Notes: a model not told the origin generated them from the sequence alone. Positions 37,215 to 48,507 are shown, numbered from the stretch's first letter. The stretch is 64,000 nucleotides of DNA from an uncultured Alphaproteobacteria bacterium (GCA_963817135.1 CAWFNG010000008.1:99095-163094); one strand, 5' to 3'. Numbers and translations are program-made.

Positions 37215-38975
37215 ATGGACAGCGAGATGACCGGCGCCGAGATGGTGATTGCGGCCCTTGTCGATCAGGGCGTCGAGCACCTGTTCGGATATCCCGGCGG
37301 TGCCGTGCTGCCGATCTACGACGCGCTGTTTCAGCAGGAAAAGCTCAGGCACATTCTGGTGCGTCACGAGCAGGGCGCGGTGCATGCGGCGGAAGGTTAT
37401 GCCCGTTCGAGCGGTAAAGTCGGCTGCGTGCTGGTGACGTCGGGGCCAGGCGCCACCAATGCGGTGACTGGCCTCACCGATGCCTTGATGGATTCCGTCC
37501 CCGTCGTCTGTATCACCGGACAGGTTCCCACCCACCTCATCGGCAACGATGCGTTCCAGGAGTGCGATACGGTCGGCATCACCCGGCCGTGCACCAAGCA
37601 CAATTATCTCGTGAAGAATATTGCCGATCTTCCGCGCGTGCTGCACGAGGCATTCCATATTGCGCGCAGCGGCCGGCCCGGTCCGGTTGTGGTCGATATC
37701 CCCAAGGACATTCAGTTCGCCAAAGGCAGCTATTCCAAGCCGAAGGAATTCCAGCACCGCGGCTATCGCCCGAAGCTCAAGGGCGATCTGGCGCAGATCA
37801 AGGCGGCAATCGAGCTGATGCAGCACGCCAAACGACCGCTGTTCTATACCGGCGGCGGCGTGATCAATTCCGGTCGCGAGGCAAGTCAGCTGCTGCGCGA
37901 ACTGGTGAAGCTCACCGGTTTTCCCATCACGTCGACTCTCATGGGATTGGGCGCCTACCCCGCCTCCGACCCGCAATGGATCGGCATGCTCGGCATGCAT
38001 GGTACCTACGAGGCCAATCTTTCCATGCACGATTGCGACGTGATGATCTGCGTCGGTGCGCGGTTTGACGACCGCATCACCGGTCGGCTCGATGCGTTCT
38101 CGCCGAAGTCGAAAAAAATACACATCGACATCGATCCGTCCTCCATCAACAAGAACGTCAAGGTCGATATCCCGATCATCGGCGATTGCGCGCACGTGCT
38201 CGAGGACATGGTGCGGCTGTGGCGCGCCACCCCCAGGCAGCCGGACAAAGCAGCGCGGGAACGATGGTGGGGCGACATCGACAAGTGGCGCGCGCGCAAG
38301 TCGCTTTCCTACCGAAACTCGAACCAGCTGATAAAACCGCAATATGCCATTGAGCGGCTCTACGCCCTAACCAAGGATCGTGACACCTACATCACCACGG
38401 AAGTCGGCCAGCACCAGATGTGGGCAGCGCAATTCTATCGCTTCGAGGAGCCGAACCGCTGGATGACGTCCGGAGGTCTCGGCACCATGGGCTATGGGCT
38501 GCCCGCTTCCGTGGGCGTGCAGCTTGCGCACCCCAACTCGCTGGTGATCGATATCGCCGGCGAGGCCTCGGTGCTGATGACCATGCAGGAAATGTCGACT
38601 GCCGCGCAGTACCGGCTGCCGATCAAGATCTTCATCGTGAACAACAAGTATATGGGCATGGTGCGCCAATGGCAGGAGCTGCTGCACGGCGGGCGCTATT
38701 CCGAGAGCTACATGGATGCGCTGCCCGACTTCGTGAAGCTTGCGGAGGCCTATCATGCCGTCGGCATCCGCTGCGAACGCCCGGGTGAGCTTGACGCTGC
38801 CATCGAAGAGATGATCGCTGTCGACCGGGCGGTTATCTTCGATTGCGTTGTCGACCCGGCGGAGAACTGCTTCCCCATGATCCCGTCGGGCCGCGCCCAT
38901 AACGAGATGCTGCTTGGCGAATCCGCGCTCAGCGTCGAGGATGCCATTACCGAGGAAGGTAAGGTGATGGTGTAA
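37215..38975 (+). CDS. ilvI: acetolactate synthase (AHAS) large catalytic subunit
   Basis: 586 aa. MTGAEMVIAALVDQGVEHLFGYPGGAVLPIYDAL.., ThDP motif ..GLGTMGYGLPA..N-N.., with AGGAG upstream. Confidence 0.95.
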   Translation: MDSEMTGAEMVIAALVDQGVEHLFGYPGGAVLPIYDALFQQEKLRHILVRHEQGAVHAAEGYARSSGKVGCVLVTSGPGATNAVTGLTDALMDSVPVVCITGQVPTHLIGNDAFQECDTVGITRPCTKHNYLVKNIADLPRVLHEAFHIARSGRPGPVVVDIPKDIQFAKGSYSKPKEFQHRGYRPKLKGDLAQIKAAIELMQHAKRPLFYTGGGVINSGREASQLLRELVKLTGFPITSTLMGLGAYPASDPQWIGMLGMHGTYEANLSMHDCDVMICVGARFDDRITGRLDAFSPKSKKIHIDIDPSSINKNVKVDIPIIGDCAHVLEDMVRLWRATPRQPDKAARERWWGDIDKWRARKSLSYRNSNQLIKPQYAIERLYALTKDRDTYITTEVGQHQMWAAQFYRFEEPNRWMTSGGLGTMGYGLPASVGVQLAHPNSLVIDIAGEASVLMTMQEMSTAAQYRLPIKIFIVNNKYMGMVRQWQELLHGGRYSESYMDALPDFVKLAEAYHAVGIRCERPGELDAAIEEMIAVDRAVIFDCVVDPAENCFPMIPSGRAHNEMLLGESALSVEDAITEEGKVMV

Positions 38976-39042
38976 TGGACCGAACCAGCGCGAGCATCTC
39001 GGAGGCCGTTGCGGGTGCGCCGGCGCGGAGGGAGCCGGCGAC

Positions 39043-39582
39043 TTGAACAGCACCACCCATTATCCGGCCGCGCCGGTTGCCCAGCAGGTGGAGACGCACA
39101 CGTTATCGGTCCTGGTCGACAACGAGCCCGGTGTGCTGGCCCGCGTCATCGGGCTGTTTTCCGGCCGCGGTTACAATATCGACTCGCTCACCGTGTCGGA
39201 GACCGAGCACGAGCGCCATCTCTCGCGCATCACCATTGTTACCCGCGGCACGCCGATGGTGATCGAGCAGATCAAGAACCAGCTCGATCGCCTGGTGCCG
39301 GTTCACCGGGTTATCGATATGACCGTGGCGGGCCCGCATATCGAGCGCGAGCTGGCCATGGTCAAGGTGCGCGGCAAGGGCGAGCATCGCATGGAGGCGC
39401 TGCGGCTTGCCGATGCGTTCCGCGCGCGCGTGATCGATGCCTCGACCGAGAGCTTCGTGTTCGAGATCACCGGCGCAAGCGAAAAAATCGAGACTTTCGT
39501 CGGGCTGATGCTGCCGCTCGGCCTGGTCGAAGTCTCCCGCACCGGAATTGTGGCGATCGGGCGCGGGCCGGAGGGGATGTGA
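39043..39582 (+). CDS. ilvH: acetolactate synthase small regulatory subunit
   Basis: ACT domain HTLSVLVDNEPGVLARVIGLFSGRGYNIDSLTV. TTG start with GGAGGGAG upstream. Confidence 0.9.
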   Translation: MNSTTHYPAAPVAQQVETHTLSVLVDNEPGVLARVIGLFSGRGYNIDSLTVSETEHERHLSRITIVTRGTPMVIEQIKNQLDRLVPVHRVIDMTVAGPHIERELAMVKVRGKGEHRMEALRLADAFRARVIDASTESFVFEITGASEKIETFVGLMLPLGLVEVSRTGIVAIGRGPEGM

Positions 39583-39674
39583 TCGGCATTTGACATCGAT
39601 CGTGCCAAGCAGCTTAACCTTCTGAATGGCGCAGGCCGCCGCCATTAACGCTAGACACTTCGAGGCAAGGATAA

Positions 39675-40697
<1,023 letters not shown>

Positions 40698-40713
40698 CCT
40701 TCGCGCGCGCGAG

Positions 40714-41529
40714 ATGGCGGCGATTGACTTCGTCGATTTGAGCGTGGATTTCTCGCTTGCCGGCGGCGGCAGCTATCCGGCGGTCAGGAACACTTCTCTT
40801 TCCATTGCCGACGGCCAATTCGTCGCCATTGTCGGGCCAACCGGCTGCGGCAAGTCAACGCTTCTCAATATCGCGGCTGGCCTGATTGCGCCGTCGCGTG
40901 GCCGGATCGAAATTTTCGGTGCGCCCCTGCACGGCATCAACCGCCAGGCTGGCTATCTGTTCCAGGCCGATGCGCTGTTCCCGTGGAAGACGGCGCTGGA
41001 AAATGTTGCAATCGGGCTGGAAACCGCCGGCACCGAGCGCGGTCAGGCGCGGGCGCGCGCGCATGACTGGCTCGCTCGCGTTGGATTGGCCGATTTCGCC
41101 GGTCGCTATCCGCATTTGTTGTCGGGTGGGCAGCGAAAGCGCATCGGACTGGTGCAGGTCCTCATTCGCGATCCCAAAATATTGCTGATGGATGAGCCGT
41201 TCGGCCCGCTCGACGCGCAGACGCGGCAGATCATGGGCAATCTCCTGCTCGATCTGTGGAGCGGCGATCGCAAGGCGGTGTTGTTCGTTACCCATGACCT
41301 CGAAGAGGCAATTGCGCTGTCCGATCGTGTCGTCATCATGTCGGCCGGGCCGGCCGCGCATGTGATCGGAGACTGGAAGATCCCGCTGCCGCGCCCGCGC
41401 GACATTGCGGAGATCAAGACCGAGCGAGTGTTTCAGCAGCTGCACGGCGACATTTGGTCGGTCCTCAAAGCCGAAGTGCTCAAGAGCTATCGGACGACGG
41501 ACGACGGAGGACAGAGGACGGATGGCTAG
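40714..41529 (+). CDS. ABC transporter ATP-binding protein (NitT/TauT, SsuB/TauB-like)
   Basis: Walker A GPTGCGKST, signature LSGGQRKR, Walker B LLMDEPF. The last ~10 codons (..TTDDGGQRTDG) lie in a repeat cluster. Confidence 0.85.
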   Translation: MAAIDFVDLSVDFSLAGGGSYPAVRNTSLSIADGQFVAIVGPTGCGKSTLLNIAAGLIAPSRGRIEIFGAPLHGINRQAGYLFQADALFPWKTALENVAIGLETAGTERGQARARAHDWLARVGLADFAGRYPHLLSGGQRKRIGLVQVLIRDPKILLMDEPFGPLDAQTRQIMGNLLLDLWSGDRKAVLFVTHDLEEAIALSDRVVIMSAGPAAHVIGDWKIPLPRPRDIAEIKTERVFQQLHGDIWSVLKAEVLKSYRTTDDGGQRTDG

Positions 41530-41662
41530 CCGCCAGAGGACGGAGGACAGACGACACAGGACAGAAACAAGCCTTTCATGTATCTATTTATCTGCCAAGT
41601 GGGTTCTGCTACCGGAATGAGGCCTCTGTCATCGGTCCTCTGTCCTCCGTCGTCTGTCCTCC
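41491..41662. repeat. cluster of direct and inverted GGAGGACAGA(G/C)GAC motifs around an AT-rich core
   Basis: Left copies at 41501-41524 and 41541-41555. Inverted copies at 41622-41662 (CCTCTGTCATCGGTCCTCTGTCCTCCGTCGTCTGTCCTCCG). Confidence 0.6.
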
Positions 41663-41668
41663 GATTTC

Positions 41669-42452
41669 ATGTCCCGTCCTGCTCTTCTGGCGTTTCAGGT
41701 TCTGGTTGCTGTTGTTGCGGTGCTCATTTGGCACATTCTGACCACCGTGCCGATCGGCGGGATCAGGCTGTTGCCGCCGTTCTTCTTCTCGACCCCGTCG
41801 GACGTGGCGCTGCGTATTGGCAAGTGGCTTGCCGACGGCACGCATCTGGATGCATGTCTGGATTACGCTGGTTGAATCCGTGCTGGCATTCGTGTTCGGG
41901 TCGGTTGCCGGCATTCTCGTCGGCTTCTGGTTTGCCCGCCAGCCGCTGGTCGCTGCCGTGTTCGATCCCTACGTCAAGATGACCAACTCGCTGCCACGGG
42001 TCGTGCTGGCGCCGATATTCGCGCTGTGGCTCGGGCTCGGCATCTGGTCCAAGGTGGCGCTCGGCTTCACGCTCGTATTCCCCATCGTTTTCTTCAACGT
42101 GTACCAGGGCGTCAAAGAGGTGAGCCCCGCCATTCTTGCGAATGCCCGCATGCTCGGCATGACCGAGCGGCAGCTGATGCGGCATGTCTATTGGCCCTCG
42201 GCCCTGTCCTGGATGTTTTCATCGCTGCATACTGCCATCGGGTTTGCCATGGTGGGCGCCGTGGTCGGCGAATATCTCGGTTCGGCCGCCGGTCTCGGCT
42301 ATGTCATTCAGCAGGCCGAGGGTGTATTCGACGTGGCGGGCGTGTTCGCTGGGATGGTGGTGCTGACCGCATTTGTGCTCACACTCGACCGGCTGGTCAC
42401 GCTTGCCGAACGGCGCCTTCTGGTCTGGCGGCCGATGGAATTGCGGGCATGA
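41669..42452 (+). pseudogene. ABC transporter permease (NitT/TauT family), frame broken once
   Basis: ORF 41669-41875 (..STPSDVALRIGKWLADGT) continues as IWMHVWITLVESVLAFVFG.. in ORF 41817-42452. One extra nt near 41843 accounts for the break. An EAA-like loop is present downstream. Confidence 0.65.
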
Positions 42453-42472
42453 GATTGCCGAAGGAGTAGCCG

Positions 42473-43492
42473 ATGAAACTGCGTTCAGCATTGCTGTTTG
42501 CCCTTGCGCTTGTGCTTTCGCTGAGCGGCATGGCGCATGGCCAGGCGATCGAGAAGAGGCAGGTCACGCTCGGCGTCGGCGGCAAGAATTCGCTCTATTA
42601 CCTGCCGGTGACCATCTGCGAGCGGCTCGGCTATTTCAAGGAGCAGGGCCTCGACGTCGCCATCAACGACTTTCGCGGCGGCGCGCAATCGCTGCAGGCG
42701 CTGGTGGGCGGCTCCGTCGACGTCGTCACCGGCGCCTATGAGCACACCATTCGCATGCAGGCGAAGGGGCAGGACATCCAGGCGGTGATCGAGCTCGGCC
42801 GCTTCCCCGGGCTGGTCGTCGGCGTGCGCATGAGCAAAGCGGCAAACTACCGGTCCGCCGCCGACCTCAAGGGAATGAAGATCGGAGTGAGCGCGCCCGG
42901 CTCATCGACGCATTTCTTCGTCATGTATTTGATGGCGAAAGCCGGCCTCAAGCCCGCCGACGCATCCTATATCGGCGTCGGCATCGGTCCGTCGGCAGTC
43001 GCTGCCATCAAGAAGGGCGAGATCGACGCGGTGGTCAATGTCGATCCGGTGATCACCAAGCTCGAGCAGGACGGCGACATCAAAGTGGTCGCCGACAGCC
43101 GAACGGAGGAGGGGACGCGCGCCATTTTCGGAGGCTCCAATCCTGCGGCCGTGCTCTACCTCAAGCATGAGTTCATCGAACGCAACCCCAATACGGTGCA
43201 GGCGCTGGTCAATGCCTTCTACAAGACGCTGAAATGGCTGGAGCGTGCAAGTCCCGAGCAGATCGCCGCGACCGTGCCGGAGGAGTTCTATCTTGGCGAC
43301 AAGACGCTTTATCTCGCGGCGGTCAAGGCCAACAAGCCGGTCTATTCCATAACCGGGATCATTCCCCCGGCTGGCATGAAATCGGCCGCCGACATGCTGC
43401 TCGCCTTCGACGAAGAGCTCAAGAGTGCCAATGTGGATCTCGCGAAGACCTTCGACGATCGTTTCGTAAAGAAGGCGGCCGGCAATATCTAG
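42473..43492 (+). CDS. ABC transporter substrate-binding protein (NMT1/THI5-like, NitT/TauT family)
   Basis: Signal peptide MKLRSALLFALALVLSLSGMAHG, SBP-like body, last gene of the ATPase-permease-SBP operon. Confidence 0.8.
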   Translation: MKLRSALLFALALVLSLSGMAHGQAIEKRQVTLGVGGKNSLYYLPVTICERLGYFKEQGLDVAINDFRGGAQSLQALVGGSVDVVTGAYEHTIRMQAKGQDIQAVIELGRFPGLVVGVRMSKAANYRSAADLKGMKIGVSAPGSSTHFFVMYLMAKAGLKPADASYIGVGIGPSAVAAIKKGEIDAVVNVDPVITKLEQDGDIKVVADSRTEEGTRAIFGGSNPAAVLYLKHEFIERNPNTVQALVNAFYKTLKWLERASPEQIAATVPEEFYLGDKTLYLAAVKANKPVYSITGIIPPAGMKSAADMLLAFDEELKSANVDLAKTFDDRFVKKAAGNI

Positions 43493-43498
43493 AAAATC

Positions 43499-45199
43499 AT
43501 GTCGATCAGCGCGCTGTCTCCGGTAGCTCGGCTTCGATCACGCGATGTTGGCTACGCGCTCGGCGTAGCGCTTTTCGCCGTCCTGCATCTTGCCGCGCTC
43601 GGCATATTGCTGTTCACCGAGTACGATTTTGCGGCGCAAGCGGCTTTTCTCCTTGCCTGGGTTTTCGTCAACTGCTGCTGGCTGATCTTACTTAAGCGTC
43701 CACTGGTGTCGGGCGCGCTTTCGCTTGCGCTTGCCGTCACGCTGATCGCGCTGTCGCATTTCAAGTACGGCGTCATGATGATGACGGTGACGTTTGTCGA
43801 TGTGATGCTGATCGATGCCTCGACATTCTCGTTCCTTTTGCGCGCCACACCGGGCCTCTCGGTAAAGCTGGCGGCAGGCCTCGTCATCGCGATTCCATTG
43901 ATGATCCTGCTATGGCGGCTGGAGCCGTTTCTAGTGCGCCGCGGCCGTGCGGCAGCGGTTGGCGTTTTCTCCCTGGTTGCTCTCGCCGGATTGTCACTCG
44001 CGCTCCCGCTCGAACACGAAGATGAATTCCGGCTACGTCAGTACGTATCGAAGTTCGTACGCTCGGCAATTGTTGCTGCTGTCGAGCTCACCACGCACGG
44101 CGTGTTGGAAGCCGACGCCGCCGCTTCCTCGCGATTGAATGTCGCAACCAGTCCGACCTGCCCGCCGGCGCACAAGCTGCCGCACATCATCATGGTATTC
44201 GACGAATCGAGCTTCGATGCGAGCGTGCTGCCGAATGTCGTGCTGCCCGCACACTACCGGGATCGTTTCCGTTCTTCCGACGGCAGGATACGTTCCTTCG
44301 TAGTCGAAGGCGCCGGCGGCCCAAGCTGGTTCACCGAATACAACGTCCTGGCGGGGTTGTCGGTACGCTCGTACGGCCGCTTTGCCGGATCCGTGACCCG
44401 ACTTGCCGCCGGCCACGTCAAGCGCGGGCTGCCCTTTGCGCTGCGCAATTGCGGATACCGCACCTACAGCTTGTATTCCTGGTACGGAGCTTTCGCCGGT
44501 GCCCGCGGATTTCATACTTCGACCGGCATTGAGCACTTTCTCGATGCGCGGCAGCTGCACACCGGCCCTGCCGACACGGACAGCTTCTACTACAATCAGG
44601 CGCTGCGGGTTCTCGCTGAGAAACACGACGGCGAGCCGGTTTTCGTTTTCGTCTATCTCGCCCTCAATCACTTTCCCTGGAATTACCGTTATCGCCCCGA
44701 CCTCTTGACCGGGTGGAAAAATCCGGGCAACCCGTTCGAGGTCGACGAATATCTGCGCCGGCAGGAAATCAGCGCGCGCGATTATGCCGAATTCAAACTC
44801 AATCTCGCGCGCGAGTTTCCCGGCCAGCCATTCCTGCTGGTGCGCTTCGGCGATCACCAGCCGCTATTCGCCAAGCACCTTCTTGAGCCAGCACTTGCGC
44901 CGTCGCAGGTTGCGCAGCGGATTGCGCAGCATGACCCGCGCTATTTCACCACCTACTACGCATTGGAGGGCGTAAACTTTAAACCGGTCGAGCTTTCTTC
45001 CGCGCTCGAAAGGCTGGACGCTCCACATTTGCCGGTGGTAGTGCTGGAAGCGGCGGGGTTGCCGCTCGACGCTGCCTTCGCGGAGCAGAAAAGCATCCTT
45101 AACCGCTGTCGCGGGTTGTTTTATTTCTGCGCCGACGGCGCGGAAGCGCGCCGGTTCAATCGGCTGCTGATCGATGCCGGGTTGATCGAAGGGCTTTAA
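43499..45199 (+). CDS. membrane-anchored sulfatase-like / LTA-synthase-family transferase
   Basis: About five N-terminal TM helices, then an alkaline-phosphatase-superfamily-like domain (HIIMVFDESSFD .. RFGDHQP). Confidence 0.5.
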   Translation: MSISALSPVARLRSRDVGYALGVALFAVLHLAALGILLFTEYDFAAQAAFLLAWVFVNCCWLILLKRPLVSGALSLALAVTLIALSHFKYGVMMMTVTFVDVMLIDASTFSFLLRATPGLSVKLAAGLVIAIPLMILLWRLEPFLVRRGRAAAVGVFSLVALAGLSLALPLEHEDEFRLRQYVSKFVRSAIVAAVELTTHGVLEADAAASSRLNVATSPTCPPAHKLPHIIMVFDESSFDASVLPNVVLPAHYRDRFRSSDGRIRSFVVEGAGGPSWFTEYNVLAGLSVRSYGRFAGSVTRLAAGHVKRGLPFALRNCGYRTYSLYSWYGAFAGARGFHTSTGIEHFLDARQLHTGPADTDSFYYNQALRVLAEKHDGEPVFVFVYLALNHFPWNYRYRPDLLTGWKNPGNPFEVDEYLRRQEISARDYAEFKLNLAREFPGQPFLLVRFGDHQPLFAKHLLEPALAPSQVAQRIAQHDPRYFTTYYALEGVNFKPVELSSALERLDAPHLPVVVLEAAGLPLDAAFAEQKSILNRCRGLFYFCADGAEARRFNRLLIDAGLIEGL

Positions 45200-45208
45200 T
45201 CCTTCACC

Positions 45209-45925
45209 ATGAACGAGATCACGGTTGTGCCGGTCGAGCGGCTCGATCTTGTTTTTGCGCCGCGACCATGGCCCTTTGCCGAGGAGCGGCGCGCCGAGAT
45301 TGCTGCACATTTTGCCGCGCTGCGGGAGGCCAATCCGACGCTTTGGAACGGACGTGCGCTTCTGCTGCACCAATATTCCATCACGACGTCGGTGTTCCAG
45401 GGATCGTATCTCGAAACCGATTATGCGAGCCTGCTGGCATGGCGGCACTGGGGATTTCCCGACGATCGGATGAAGAACTGCTTTGCCATGGCAGCGCTTC
45501 GCGCAAGCGACGGCGGGTTTCTCCTGGGCGTCATGGCCGCGCATACCGCCAATGCCGGCCTTGTCTATTTCCCGGCAGGGGTGCCCGATCCATGCGACGT
45601 TGTCGGCACACGCGTCGATCTTGCACGCAACGTCCTGCGCGAGATCGGCGAGGAGACCGGCCTGTGCGCCGGGGATTTCCAGGCCGACGACGGATGGACG
45701 ACGGTTCTGGCAGGTCCTCGCATTGCGCAAATCAAGCTGTGCCATTTGCGCGAGAGCGCGCAAGCGGTGCGCGGGCGCATCGTTGCCTACCTGAAGACCC
45801 AGCCGCAGCCGGAATTGTCGGATCTGCGCATCGTGCGCAGCCCCTCGGATTTCGAATCCTGCATGCCGGCCTTCGTTACCGGATATCTCACGCATTTCTG
45901 GAATCGAACGCAGGGCACAGCATGA
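45209..45925 (+). CDS. NUDIX-like hydrolase
   Basis: A partial Nudix box ..NVLREIGEETGL.. is present. The upstream G-x5-E part is not canonical. Confidence 0.5.
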   Translation: MNEITVVPVERLDLVFAPRPWPFAEERRAEIAAHFAALREANPTLWNGRALLLHQYSITTSVFQGSYLETDYASLLAWRHWGFPDDRMKNCFAMAALRASDGGFLLGVMAAHTANAGLVYFPAGVPDPCDVVGTRVDLARNVLREIGEETGLCAGDFQADDGWTTVLAGPRIAQIKLCHLRESAQAVRGRIVAYLKTQPQPELSDLRIVRSPSDFESCMPAFVTGYLTHFWNRTQGTA

Positions 45926-45973
45926 AGCACACGCGTACTGCCAATTGCTGTAGCTAAATGCCGCTTGTCACTC

Positions 45974-47020
45974 TCAACTGGACGGTTCGGTCAGTTCGCG
46001 GCGCACGATCTTGGCGCCTTCCGCCATGGTGCACATCTTTGCGAAGGCGACATCGCGCGGCAGGTATTTCAGCCCGCAGTCCGGCGCGACGATCACGCGA
46101 TCGGCCGCGATATACGGCAGTGCGCGGCGAATGCGGGCGGCCACCGTCTCCGGCGTCTCCACGTTCATGTCGGAGAGATCGAGCACACCGAGAATGATGG
46201 TCTTGCCCGGCAGCTTCTGCAGCACCGAGCAGTCGAGCCTGGACTGCGCCGTTTCAATCGAGACCTGCCGCACCGGCGAGCCCGCGAGTTCCGGCAGGAA
46301 CGAATAGCCCTCCGGCCGCACGTGAATGATGGCGGCATAGCCGAAGCAGATGTGCACCGCCGTCATGCCCGTAACCCCGTCAAGCGCCGCATTGAGCGCG
46401 TTGAGGCCGTATTTCCGCGCCTTCTCGGCTCGCGCCTGCATGTAGGGCTCGTCGATCTGCACCACGTCGGCCCCGGCGGCGAACAGGTCCTTGATTTCCG
46501 CGTTCACCGCCGCCGCGTAGTCGAGCGCCATCTCCTCTTCGTTCGTGTAGAAATCGTTTTGCGCCTGCTGCGACATGGTGAAGGGCCCGGGCACCGTCAT
46601 CTTGATCATGCGGTCGGTGTTCTTGCGCAGGAATTCAACGTCGCGCACCTGGACCGGGTGCCTGCGCCGCACCCTGCCGGTGACGCGCGGCACCGGATTG
46701 GGATGGCCGGAGCGATCGAGCGCGCTGCCGGGATTGTCGATGTCCACGCCGGCGAGCGCCGTGGCGAAACGGTTGGAGTAGCTTTCCCGCCGCATCTCCC
46801 CGTCGGTGATGATGTCGAGCCCGGCGCGTTCCTGGTCTCTGATGGCGAGCAGCGTGGCGTCGTCCTGCGCCTGATCGAGGAATTCCGGCGCGACGCGCCA
46901 CAGTTCCTGCGCGCGCACGCGCGGGGGAAAGCGGCCAGCGAGCTTCTTACGGTCGATCAGCCAGTCCGGCTGAGCATAGGAACCGACGAGCGAGGTGGGC
47001 AGGAGGTTTTGCGGCATCAA
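45974..47020 (-). CDS. cobalamin-independent methionine synthase-like protein (MetE C-terminal domain family)
   Basis: 348 aa. ..LPTSLVGSYAQPDWL.., ..DIITDGEMRRESY.., ..HICFGY... The opposite-strand ORF 45965-47137 is a GC shadow. Confidence 0.75.
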   Translation of the reverse strand: MMPQNLLPTSLVGSYAQPDWLIDRKKLAGRFPPRVRAQELWRVAPEFLDQAQDDATLLAIRDQERAGLDIITDGEMRRESYSNRFATALAGVDIDNPGSALDRSGHPNPVPRVTGRVRRRHPVQVRDVEFLRKNTDRMIKMTVPGPFTMSQQAQNDFYTNEEEMALDYAAAVNAEIKDLFAAGADVVQIDEPYMQARAEKARKYGLNALNAALDGVTGMTAVHICFGYAAIIHVRPEGYSFLPELAGSPVRQVSIETAQSRLDCSVLQKLPGKTIILGVLDLSDMNVETPETVAARIRRALPYIAADRVIVAPDCGLKYLPRDVAFAKMCTMAEGAKIVRRELTEPSS

Positions 47021-47483
47021 CTATTTCCCTCATCTCGCGTACAGTTTGTCGCGTCGGGACCTCGTCGGTTGCTGCGCTCAAGCAGGCAACGCGCGCAATC
47101 CCGATCATTGTCGCCATCGTCAACTCGCATGCACTAAGGGTTGAATTCGCGTCGGCTTCCGGGGCGATCCTGAAATGAATTGGCCGGTAGTCCTGACTGA
47201 CTTGGTCTCAAAATGACCCTGAACCGACACCCGGCTTGGTTAATTGCTGCGGCGCAAGGGAGCCGCAGTGTTTTCCGCTAACAATAATTTTCCGATTTCT
47301 GCAAACAGCCGGGTCGACGGTGTCCCAGGAATTGAGTTGTCGTAGGAGGCATCGAACTCGGTTCGATCTCAGAGCTAAAATTAATATTTGTTCATGGGCC
47401 GATGTGCGGATGTTCGGCCCCATTCTTGACCTAATTGCTTAGCCCGCTGCCGTAACTATCCTGTGGTTATTTCGGAGAAGGCC

Positions 47484-48507
47484 ATGGTTCGTTTGTTCGC
47501 CGGTTTTATTATCCTCGCATATGCCTGCAATGTTGCGTCCGCGCAGGAGGAGCGCGCGCTCGTGATCGACGCCTGCGACCGGCTGGCGGCAAGCGATCTC
47601 GACCGCGAGCGGCCGCCTCCCGTTCCCGGTGTGCCGGTGAACAAGATCGACGCCAAGGCGGCGGTGCCGGCGTGCGAGGCCGCGGTCAAGCTTGCGCCAG
47701 ACGATCGCCGCATCCTCTATCAGCTCGGCCGCGCCTACAACGCGGCGAAGGATTACGAGAACGCGCGCACCGTTCTCGCAAAGGCCGACGCGCTGGGCCA
47801 TGTCCTGGCGACGAACAATCTCGGGGCGCTTTATGCGGACGGCAACGGGGTGAAGGCCGATCTTGACGAAGCAAGGCGTCTTTATGAAAAGGCCGCCGCA
47901 GGCGGTGTTGCAATTGCAATGAACAATTTGGGGTCCTTCTACGAGAAGGGCAAAGGTGTGCCCCAAGACTTTGCAAAGGCGAAGCTTTGGTATGAGAAGG
48001 CAGCGGCTTCAGGAATGGCGGGTGCATGGGCGAGTATCGGCCTGCTTTACGAATACGGGCACGGCGTGCCGGTTGATTATGTCGAGGCGCGACGGTGGTT
48101 CGAAAAAGCCGCCGCGGCGGGCGACTCCGATGCAATGACCTTTATTGGTCACTTTTACGACAATGGATCAGGAAGTCCCGATCGATTACGCGGCTGCCCG
48201 CGCCTGGCACGAAAAGTCTGCCGCGCTTGGAAACGCGCTCGCGATGAACCGGATTGGCGCGCTCTACGCGGAGGGAAAGGGTGTCCTGCGCGATTACGCC
48301 GTGGCGCGAGAGTGGTTTGAGAAAGCGGCAACGCGAGGCAATATGGTAGGCATGAACAATCTGGGAAAGCTTTACGAGAATGGGTGGGTTGTTCGCCTCG
48401 ATCGCGCGGCAGCGCGCGCCTGGTACGAGAAGGCCGCCGCTGCCGGGAGCAAAGACGGCGCCGCCAACCTCGTTCGACTAAATCGTATCTATCCGGCCAA
48501 AAACTGA
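47484..48507 (+). pseudogene. secreted Sel1-repeat (SLR/TPR-like) protein, frame broken once
   Basis: ATG at 47484 with GGAGAAGG upstream and signal MVRLFAGFIILAYACNVASA. It has repeated ..A.WYEKAAA.G...AM..LG.LYE.G.GV.. units. ..AMTFIGHFYDNG continues as QEVPIDYAAARAWHEKSAALGN.. in ORF 48145-48507, with an extra T at about 48168. Confidence 0.65.

Noticed and set aside
47021-47440. Cobalamin or SAM-II riboswitch in the long leader of the metE-like gene. A B12-box-like AGTCAGGACTACCGGCC is present on the minus strand (complement of about 47183-47199).
   Set aside because: The other conserved cobalamin-riboswitch elements (GGUG..GAA.CCGG core, GCCACUG, GGGAAGGC) could not be found. No SAM-II AAAGCU pseudoknot motif is visible either. 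An Infernal scan is needed before any call.
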